This document shows positions 6,880 to 16,600 of a DNA stretch of 26,490 nt, in pieces. The position numbers and the translations under genes are program-made. Each line of letters starts with the position of its first letter. Position 1 is the stretch's first letter. Origin of the DNA: Lysobacterales bacterium (lineage in GTDB: Bacteria; Pseudomonadota; Gammaproteobacteria; Xanthomonadales; SZUA-5); assembly GCA_022844165.1 (NCBI GenBank), contig JALHMH010000032.1:28064-54553 (forward strand). The letters are read 5' to 3'. A model generated the notes under the pieces. The model was not told where the DNA came from and ran no database searches. It saw only the letters and a program-made list of their open reading frames with translations.

Positions 6880-9800
6880 TCATCGCTGTTCGGCCGCGAG
6901 GTCGACCGCTTCGCCATCGTTGATTGGCTTTGTTGGGTCATGACCTGCAAGGGCAAGAACTCGGCGACAGACATCGTTGAGCAGCCGTGCGGCGATGCAC
7001 GGGTCAATCAGGCACGCATCGAACTTGATCTCGAGCCGCAACCGTTCGCCCGGCCAGAAAAAGAAGTTCAGCGGAATCGTGCTTTGCGCATGGGTGCGCA
7101 GTCCTGAGACGATCGGGTGAGGGACCTCGGCGTAGTTCTCGACGATCACAGCGCAATCGAAGAGTATCCCGCCGCCATTGGGCGCACTGCCAATGATCTC
7201 CTCGGAACTCACGTGCAGATGCGGTTCTCGCGCAATCTGCGCGGTCAGGACGGCATGCAATGCGGCTCTGGCGTCGACTCCTTCGGCCGCTTCGACCACC
7301 AAAGGCACAAGGTTGATGAACAGACCTGCGGTGTGCGCCAGTTCCGGCAGGTCGACCGGTCGCACCCAAACGAATTGCCCAAAGGCCACGCGCTCGCAAC
7401 CGCGCTCTGCGGCAAGTGCGTGTCCGAATGCCGCTACGTAAAGCGTGCTCGCGGGTACGCCGAGCGAACGAGCGCCAAAAAGTACACGGTTGGTCTCACT
7501 GGTCGAAAGGTCGTGCTCTATCGAACGGATTTCGCCGCCTCGCGAGCCAGGCGTCGTCAGCAGCCAGCTTCTGTCTTTGGACAACTGGGCCAGCTGTGCG
7601 CACCAGAACTCAATGCTGGGTTGGCGCGGTTGTGCCTGTATCCACGCCGCGTAAGAGCGATACGACCGTGCGGGCGCCAGGATGCGATCGGATCCGGTGC
7701 GCTCGGCCTCGTAGAGCTCGAACGCCTCGCCAAGCAGCATGACATCCGACCAGCCATCGAGCAGCGCATGATGGTATGTCCACACGAACTGATGGGAGAC
7801 CGCGTCGAGGCGGATCAAGTGCCACCGAAAGGGTGGTTGCGGGAGCAGCGCGAACTCTTCGCGGCGATCAGCTTGCAGATACTGCTCCAATAGCCCGGTC
7901 CTCTCGCGGGCAGGTCGATCGACCCAGCTCATCTCGCGCCATGTCAGTGTGGCCCTTTTGTTGCAAACCAGCATCGGTCGATCTTCGAGCCTGAAGGAAA
8001 AATAGCTGCGCAGCGCTTCGTGCCGTTCGGCAACGCGAGACCAGGCGCGCTTGAATGCCGCGACGTCGAGGTCGTGCAGCACGCCCTCAACCTGTTCGAT
8101 ACAAAAACCACTCCGCGGATAACGCAGCGACTGCGCTAACATCTCCAGTTGCATTGGCGTCGGGCCGCAAATGAACTCGATGTCGCGCCATGATGGATGC
8201 GCGTGGAACTTCTGCAAATCCGCTCGGCCCAGTCTTGCTGCGGTGATAAACGCTGCACGTTGCGTGGTGTCGTCGCCAGGCGATCGATTTTCCCGGCAAG
8301 CTGCAAGTGCCATGCGAAGGCTCGGCGCCCCCAGCAGTTCTGCGAGTTCCAGTAGAAGTCCCGCTCGGCGCAGTGCCGACAGGAACTTCAGAGCCAGCAC
8401 GGAGTCGCCGCCCACGTCGTAGAAGCTGGCGTCCAGCGATGGCGCGAATCCGAACGCCGAAACCAGCGCCGCTACGCGGGGATCCGATTCGTCTGTCGTT
8501 GTCTGACCGTCGCGATCCGGGACGAACGTTGGCAGCGCGCGCGTATCGATCTTCGCGTTCGCGGTCAGCGGAAACGCATCGAGTCGATAGAAATGCGATG
8601 GCACCATGTAACTCGGCAGCTGCGCCGACAGCGCCTCTACCAACGCAGAAGTCGCCTTATCGCCGCCCCTGCCTACAAATCGGCCGCGCTCGCTCACGTT
8701 GTCGTCGATAAGAAAAGCGACCAGGGCGTCGGCGGCACCAGCGCGGACGCGCTCGACATAAGCACCTCTAATGCCGGGTTGGCGCAGCAGGTGGTGCTCA
8801 ATCTCACCCAGCTCGATGCGAAAGCCGTGCAACTTGACTTGGCGATCGATGCGACCGACGACGACGATAGCGCCGTCTTGATGACGGTATGCGCGATCGC
8901 CCGTCTTGAACATACGGGCACCTGGCGTGGCGCTGAACGGATCAGGCAGAAAGCGCGCCGCCGTCGCCAACGGCGCACCGTAGTACCCGCGTGCGACCAG
9001 CAATCCGCCGATGTAGAGTTCGCCGATCGCATGGTCGCCCAATGGCGCGAGTGCTTCGTCCAGCACATACAGCGCATTGCCAGCGAGCGGATGCCCGACC
9101 GGCACCAGGTCCGTCTCCAGGGCACCGGCATCTGGCAGTTTCCAGCCGCAGTTGGTGATTGTAGTTTCTGTCAGACCATAGGCGTTGACGCAAGGCACCT
9201 GGCGGGCATAGTACTGCTGCCACACGCGCGCCTTCGCTGGCGGGCAGGGTTCGCCGCCGATGATCACCAGCCGCAACGACGGCGGCAAAGGCAGACGCGC
9301 GACCTCAAGATGCTCGAGCCATGCCGACCAAAGCGCGGTCGGCAGATTGAGCACCGTCAAAGATTCGCGCCGGAGACAATCGTCGATCGCGGCCATGCCC
9401 TGCGTTTGCAGGTCAGGCGCCACGATGACGCAAGCGCCGGCACAAAACGTCGGCAACAGCTCTTCGATCGAGACGTCAAAGCTCGGGGCGCAAATATGCA
9501 ATACGCGATCGCTGGCCGCGAGCTGGTATCGCTCGATCGCAGCGCGTAGATGCGCGTCGAGGTTGTCGCGGCCAACAAGCACCGGCTTGCTACTGCCCGT
9601 CGTACCGGACGTCTGGATGATATAGGCGCCGTCAGAACCGTATGCCCATTCGCCATCCGGCGCAATTGCGTCGATATCGGGCAGACCAGACCAGTGCAAC
9701 ACGGGCACAGTTGTCGCAAGCGGCGGCTCGGCGATCGAAACAACGCACTGCAGCCCGGATTGCCTGACGTATCCCAGCAACCGCTGAGCGGGCAGACAAG

Positions 9801-10065
9801 CATTGAGCGGCACATAAACGGCGCCGATTCGAAGGATCGCCAGCATCGCGACCACTGCATTCGATGAACGATTCGCATACACGCCGACGTGACTGCCGGA
9901 AGTCACGCCGGCTGCCCTCAGATCGGCTGCGCGCAACGCTGTTGCCGCATCCAGTTGGCGGTAACTGAGCACTCGGCTGCCATCGAGCAGCGCCGGAGCT
10001 GCAGCGCGCTGATTGGCATGCCAGGTCAGTCGCTCGGAAAGCAGATCCGTTGCCTTAGGCTTCAT
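6880..10065 (-). CDS. Stand-alone NRPS with A-T-C architecture (terminal condensation domain)
   Basis: A domain: LSYRQL, QTSGTTG, SFDVS, NAYGLTE, FKTGD, GRIDRQVKLHGFRIELGEIE, PLTANAKID. T domain: FYDVGGDSV, Ser at 8401-8403. C domain: HHALLDG at 7753-7773. ATG at 10065 is the preferred start; the ORF is open to 10209. Confidence 0.92.
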   Translation of the reverse strand: MKPKATDLLSERLTWHANQRAAAPALLDGSRVLSYRQLDAATALRAADLRAAGVTSGSHVGVYANRSSNAVVAMLAILRIGAVYVPLNACLPAQRLLGYVRQSGLQCVVSIAEPPLATTVPVLHWSGLPDIDAIAPDGEWAYGSDGAYIIQTSGTTGSSKPVLVGRDNLDAHLRAAIERYQLAASDRVLHICAPSFDVSIEELLPTFCAGACVIVAPDLQTQGMAAIDDCLRRESLTVLNLPTALWSAWLEHLEVARLPLPPSLRLVIIGGEPCPPAKARVWQQYYARQVPCVNAYGLTETTITNCGWKLPDAGALETDLVPVGHPLAGNALYVLDEALAPLGDHAIGELYIGGLLVARGYYGAPLATAARFLPDPFSATPGARMFKTGDRAYRHQDGAIVVVGRIDRQVKLHGFRIELGEIEHHLLRQPGIRGAYVERVRAGAADALVAFLIDDNVSERGRFVGRGGDKATSALVEALSAQLPSYMVPSHFYRLDAFPLTANAKIDTRALPTFVPDRDGQTTTDESDPRVAALVSAFGFAPSLDASFYDVGGDSVLALKFLSALRRAGLLLELAELLGAPSLRMALAACRENRSPGDDTTQRAAFITAARLGRADLQKFHAHPSWRDIEFICGPTPMQLEMLAQSLRYPRSGFCIEQVEGVLHDLDVAAFKRAWSRVAERHEALRSYFSFRLEDRPMLVCNKRATLTWREMSWVDRPARERTGLLEQYLQADRREEFALLPQPPFRWHLIRLDAVSHQFVWTYHHALLDGWSDVMLLGEAFELYEAERTGSDRILAPARSYRSYAAWIQAQPRQPSIEFWCAQLAQLSKDRSWLLTTPGSRGGEIRSIEHDLSTSETNRVLFGARSLGVPASTLYVAAFGHALAAERGCERVAFGQFVWVRPVDLPELAHTAGLFINLVPLVVEAAEGVDARAALHAVLTAQIAREPHLHVSSEEIIGSAPNGGGILFDCAVIVENYAEVPHPIVSGLRTHAQSTIPLNFFFWPGERLRLEIKFDACLIDPCIAARLLNDVCRRVLALAGHDPTKPINDGEAVDLAAEQR

Positions 10066-10576
10066 GTGCTTGGCGTTCGCGCTGTGAATGAAGATGTTGA
10101 CGAAAGCATGCCCGGAAAGCGGGGCAGATGTTTGCCCCCATGACGTTGATCGATTGAAACGAGACCTCGCCGGACGCGACACGAACACATCCGTCCGAAA
10201 AGGCGCCACTCGTCATCCAGCGCGTGCCAAAGCATGACGATACCGATCGGCGCCTCATCATCAAGTGTGACCTAAGCGCTCACAAATCGCATCTGTTCCG
10301 AATCATTCCCCGTCCGATTTGCAACAGTACGGCTCAGGGCCGTTGCGTTCTACGACAAAGACGAGCCTCGCAAGGCCCGGTTCAGGCGGCTCAATGTCGT
10401 CGAGCTGTGAACGCACTTGACGCTGCTGAGCACCTCATTAGTGCGCGAAAGGCCCTTTCTGCGCCGAACTGGTGCCACTTGCTGCGCCGGATAGAGCTCG
10501 ATTCTGGCAGAGCCCGGCGGTACCACTTGTTTGCATGGCAGCTGCTGCACGACGTCGATTTGCTGAGGTCCACATT

Positions 10577-10613
10577 TTAGACCTTGTGACACTTACGCGA
10601 CAGAGTCTAACAT
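10577..10613 (+). promoter_or_regulatory. Candidate promoter/operator upstream of the FAAL-PKS
   Basis: AT-richer patch with TTGTGA-N18-TAACAT, overlapped by an imperfect inverted repeat TTAGACcttgt...acagaGTCTAA, 33 nt before the GTG start. Confidence 0.3.
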
Positions 10614-10646
10614 TCGCCCGGATATTTCCTGACAGATGAGCATTCT

Positions 10647-13600
10647 GTGCAAAAGAGCAATCTGATTGACGTCGTCCGTGCTCGCTTGGCGCAAACACCC
10701 GAAAGAGTCGCGTTCACATTTCTTGATTACCACCCGCGCACGGGGCAGCGAATCTCTACTTCGTGGACGATGTACGAACTGGATGCGCGGGCGCGTTCGG
10801 TCGCTGCGGAACTCGATCGGCTTGGCGCGCGTGGGGAACGCGCCCTCCTGCTGTATCGCGCCGGACTCGATTTTGTCGCCGGATTTCTAGGCTGCCTGTA
10901 TGCCGGCGTCGTGGCGGTACCAGCGTCTGTGCCCAAGCAGGGCTGGGGCGCAGACCGCGTAAGAACGATCGCAGCGCACTCGGGCGCTCGCTTTGCACTG
11001 TCGACCGCAAGCTCGTTGCGCGCCACCAGTCAGTTTCTCACCGGGCGCGACGATCTGCAATGGTTGCTGACCGACGAAATCGCTCCTGCTGCAAGAGATA
11101 CCGCCTTCATACCAGCAGCGATGCAACGCGAAGACCTGGCGCTTTTGCAGTACAGCTCAGGTTCGACCGGCAACCCGAAGGCGGTGATGATCACGCACGA
11201 CAATCTGCTCAGCCAAGCCTTGCTGGTGCGCGATGCTTTTGCGCTGACCGAAGACGACTGTTCCGTGTCCTGGCTTCCCAATTACCACGACATGGGTTTG
11301 ATCACGTCCGTTGTCTTGCCGCTGTTTACCGGGTTCCACTGCGCATTGATGGCACCGGAAGCTTTCGTGATGAAGCCTTCCCGCTGGCTACAGGAACTGT
11401 CGGAGCGTCGGGTACGGTGCTGCGTCGCACCTGACTTCGCGTACGAACTCTGTACGCGCAGGATTAGCGACGATGAGCTGCGCGCGCTTGATCTCACAGC
11501 GATCGAGCACGCTGTCAACGGCGCAGAACCGGTGCGCGCCCGCACGTTGGCTCGGTTCACGGAGCGCTTCGAACCCTGCGGTTTCGATGGCGATGCATTT
11601 AAGCCCGTCTATGGTCTGGCCGAAGCTACGCTGATGGTCTCAGGCCGGAGCAGCAAGCTGGTCATCGGCTCGTTTGAACGCGAACCGCAGGACAGGCGCG
11701 AGCGCTCCGCAACCGATGCCGCCGATTCAACCGCGATCCGGCTTGTGTCCTGCGGCCGGGCATATGGCGACAACGACATTCGCATTGTGGACCCGGAATC
11801 ACGCCGCGAACTGCCAGCGCTTCACACGGGCGAGATCTGGGTCCGTGGCGGGAGCGTTGGTCGCGGCTATTGGGGAGACGTCGGGGCCAGCAACGACAAC
11901 TTCAGCGCGATGCTCGCCGATAGCGACGGCACGCGGTTCATGCGCACCGGCGACCTTGGCTTCTTCCAGGATGGAGAGCTCTTCATTCGCGGACGTTTGA
12001 AGGACCTGATTCTGATTCGCGGCAGCAATCATCATGCGCCAGACATCGAACAGACGGTAGAAGCTTGTCATCCAGCACTAGCCGTTTCGAGCGGCGCGGC
12101 ATTTTCTGTCGATATCGACGACGAAGAACGTTTGATCATCGTGCATGAACTCGAACGCGACGGCCGCGGCATTCCCGAAGCGCAGCTCGCCGAAATCGCT
12201 ACGACGATCCGTCGCTGCGTCACAGAACAACACCAAATCGCTCCCCATGCCGTTCTGTTGCTCGGCCGCGGCTTACCCAAGACCACCAGCGGCAAAGTCC
12301 GCCGCGACGAGTGCCGCAGCCGCTTTCTCGCCGGGCAACTGAAGACCGCCTATGCCTGGACAGCCTCGCAGTCCGATGATGCGCCGACAAAGACCGGCGC
12401 CGCAGAGGCGGGCTCCGAGCGGCAACAGCAGAAGACCACCCAGTGCGAGCAGTGGCTGATCGATCGGATCGCGCGAGCAAGCGGCACCCGCAGCGACCGG
12501 ATTGGCATTTTGACGCCCGTCTCTGAATTCGATCTCAGCCCCGCCGCGATGATCGAACTGGTCCGCGACTTCGAACGTGAGTTCGGCGTGTTGGTAACGA
12601 TGTCTGTGTTTCTTGAGCATGAAAACATCCAACAGCTGGCCAACCACCTTGGCAAGGCCATCGCAGCGGCCGATGAGGCCGAACCCGGCACCGGCGGTCG
12701 GCTGACAGCGGAGGCGTTGGCAAGCTCCATGGGCAGCGAAGCGCGCTCGTCGGCCGCAGATGCGATCGCCATTGTCGGCATGGCCTGCCGCCTCCCTGCG
12801 GCGAATGGGACGAAGGCCTTTTGGGACAACCTATGCCGTGGCGTCGACGCGGTAGGAGAGGTCCCGCCGGAGCGTTGGGACAACGAAGCACTGTATGACG
12901 AAAACCCGCTCGCACAGGGGAAGATGAATACGCGCCGCGGCGGATTCCTCACCGACGTGGAACTCTTCGATCGGAAGTTCTTCGGCATTCCGGTGCGCGA
13001 GGCAGTACGCATGGATCCGGCGCATCGGCTGCTATTGGAACTGAGCTGGGAAACCCTGGAAGATGCCGGTATCCCCGCTGGTAGCGTTAGCGGACAGCGC
13101 GTTGGCGTGTACATCGGTATTTCCGGAAGCGACTACGCGCAGCTGCAATTCGGCGACGAAATGCTGGCCGATGCCTATGCTGGCGTCGGTTGTGCGCTCA
13201 CGAACTCCGCGAGCCGCATCTCGCACTTCCTCAACCTGCGCGGACCGGCGCTGGCCGTCGATACGGCTTGTTCGTCCTCCCTCAGCGCGCTGCACCTGGC
13301 GGCCAGCGCCGTCCGCTCCGGCGAATGCCAGCTGGCGCTCGCGGGCGGCGTGAACATTATCTTATCGCCTACCGTGACGATGTCGCTCAGTAAGGCCGGC
13401 ATGATGGCACCTGACGGTCGCTGCAAGACCTTCGACAAGCGCGCCGATGGATATGTGCGATCCGAAGGCGCCGGCCTGGTGCTGCTCAAGCCACTCGCCA
13501 GAGCGATCGCCGACGGCGACCGGATCTACGCTGTCATTCGTGGTTCGGCCAGCAATCAGGACGGAAAGAGCAGCGGTATTTCTGCTCCCAACGGCGAAGC

Positions 13601-16600
13601 GCAACAGCGTGTGGTGTTGGCCGCCTGCGAGAACGCGGGCATTTTGCCCGGCAACCTCGACTACGTAGAAGCTCATGGTACCGGTACCGCATTAGGCGAT
13701 CCGATCGAGGTGAACGCCCTGGGAGAAGTGCTCAAGATCGGTGCTCAGCCAGGGAAGACCTATGCGATCGGTTCGGTAAAAACCAACATTGGGCATACCG
13801 AGTCGGCCGCCGGCATCGCCAGCATTATCAAGGCCAGCCTGATCTTGCATCACCGTCAGTTGCCACCCAGTCTGAACTTCGAAGATCCCAACCCGTTGAT
13901 CCCGTTCGAGCGCTACAACATTAGCGTGCAGAAGACCTTGCAACCTCTGATCGGTTTCGGCGGGCCTGCATTGGTCGGTGTCAATAGCTTCGGTATCGGC
14001 GGCACCAACGTGCATTTCGTGCTGGAGGAGCCCGGCGCGATGGCGACTTCCCGCCCGATGCAGATGAACGAGGAGCGACCGTACGTGCTCACGATCAGCG
14101 CTCGCAGCGAGAATTCGTTGAAGCTCAATACGGCCGCCCTGCTCGACTACTTGTCGCAAGAGGGCACGCCGTCGCTTGGCGATATCGAGTACACGTTGGG
14201 GGCGCGTCGCTCGCATCTCGAACATCGTCTTGCGGTGATCGGCAGCGACCGCGCCGAACTGATAACGGCACTGAAAGCTCAAGTCGAAATCAATTATCAC
14301 GCCGACATCCTTCAGGCACACGCACAACCGGGAACCGATGGCCGGCCGAAGCTCGCATTCGTGTTTTCCGGCCAGGGGCCGCAGTGGTGGGCAATGGGCC
14401 GAAAGCTGTTCTCCTGCGAGCCGGTTTTCCGCGACTGCATCGAGCAGTGCGATGGCTTCCTCAAGCCGATGACCGGCTGGTCGCTCATCGAACTCCTGCA
14501 TGCCGACGAAGCGCACTCGACACTCCGCGAAACGGCCTATGCGCAGCCCGCGCTGTTCGCGCTGCATTGCGGCCTCGCGGCTTTGCTGCGTTCGCTTGGG
14601 ATCGAACCCGATGCAGTCGTGGGCCATAGCCTTGGCGAAATCGCCGCTGCGCACATCGCTGGCTGCCTCTCGCTCGAAGATGGCTGCCGACTGGTTGCGG
14701 TCCGTGCCGAACTGATGCAGAAGGCCACCGGTGAAGGACTCATGGCCAGCATCGAAATGTCGCGCGAGGATGTTGAGCGCGAGCTCGCCGGCGTCGGCGA
14801 CGCACTGACCATCGCCGCCACCAATACCCACGGCACTACGGTTGTCTCGGGTGAGCGACAGGCGCTTGAGGCATTGCTGGCGAGCCTCAAGCAGCGCGGG
14901 GTTGTTGCTGTCCAGCTACCGGTCAACTACGCGTTCCATAGCGCGCAGATGGAACCGATCAAGCGAGAACTCGTGCTTCGACTTGCCGGCCTTTCAGCCA
15001 AACCGGCGCGCATTCCATTCATGTCTACGGTAACGGCCGATTGGGCCGGTAGCGACCACTTGCTGGGACCCGAATACTGGGGCGCTAATGTGCGCCAGGA
15101 AGTGCGTTTCGGCGATGCGATCACCGCGCTCGGTCGCCAGGGTGTGCGTGTCTACGTCGAGATCGGGCCGACGCCCGTATTGTTCGGTGCGATCGTCCGC
15201 GGACTCAAACTCGCAGGTATCGGTGGCGATGCGGTTACTACGCTGGAACGGGACGCCGACGACCTGCGCATGTTGGCGCGATGCATCGGCATGCTGCAGA
15301 CGCTCCGCTGTTCTCCAGACTGGACCGCCTGGCGGCCCGCCGCCCGCTTCGTGAGCGGTTTGCCACATTATCGATGGGATCGCCAACGATACTGGATGGA
15401 CGCCGCACACCACGAGGCGCGCCGACGCTTGAGCGCACATCCGCTTGTTTCGCTGCGCATGCCTGTCGCTCAACCCACCTGGCAGTCCCATCTGGACATC
15501 AATGTCGATCCGTATCTCACCGCACTGCGCGTAAGAGGCCGGCCGCGCATTGCCTGCGGGGTGCATGTGGAACTGGCCCTTGAGGCACTGTTTGGTGGCA
15601 GCGACCAGACCAGTCTTCGCGAGCTGTTCGAACTTCAGTTCGACGAAGTTCCAGACGCACTCGATCCCACGCAATTGCCGACGTTGCAAACCACGATTCA
15701 TGGCACCAGGGCCGGTGCGTCCTCCGTTACCATTTCGGCGCAGACGGACGACAGCCAGGGTAAAGCGGCGGCCTGGTTTCCGGTGATGACCTGCCGCACT
15801 GCCGCGGCCTCTTCTACCAGTACGCCCAGGCAACTCGACATCGTATCGCTGCGCGCTCGCTTCACCAATCAGCTAAGTGCAACCGAGGTGTATCGAAGAC
15901 TCGCCGAAGTCGGTGCCGAATATGCGCCGCCGCGCCAGGTCGTACAAGAAATCTGGCGCGACGAGGAAGCGGTGTTGATCGGACTTCGCACTGCGCAGAT
16001 GTTCAAAGCCGATATCGGCAAGTATCAACTACATCCGCTGGTGTTCGAAGCGATCGAACAGGCAGCACGCCTGACGTCCGGCAGCGTGGCGGCGCAACAC
16101 GAGCTGGCACACGTCGCACGCGTGCGGCTGATCGGCGACTGCGCGCGCGCAACGCTTTTATATGCGCGTCTGCGGGTCGTCGGAGCGCCCTCCGATCCCG
16201 CACGCGAGGGCGAATCGACACACACCGACGTCTGGGTGCTGGCAGACGACGGCAGCGTGCTCGCCATTGTCGAGGGAATCCGGTTCCGCGCGCAGCGATC
16301 CGAAGAGGATTTCAGTATTCCGACGGATATCGACCACTGGCGCTACCGCGTGCATTGGCAAGAGCGGGCACTCGAAGCCACCGACCTCGCCGCGACCCCG
16401 GCAAACGGAGCCTGGTTGATCGTCGCCGACCGACGAGGTGTTGGCGAGCAGCTTTGTCGCTGGCTTCGCCAACACGGGCAGGATTACGTCATCGTCGAAC
16501 CGCGCAGTGCGTTTTCGATCCTCGGCACCGATCACTATGAGATTGACGCAAATTCCACGGCCGACCGCGTTCGCGTTTTGCGCGAGGCCTTCGCAGAACG

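Noticed and set aside
10224-10698. Small ORFs in the divergent gap as possible precursor peptides or a free ACP
   Set aside because: No RBS, no carrier-protein Ser motif, atypical codon use, and they overlap one another.
13692-14831. 379-aa minus-strand ORF, and similar long antisense ORFs such as 8593-9549, 7117-7893 and 14994-15833
   Set aside because: Expected shadow ORFs opposite GC-rich PKS/NRPS coding sequence.
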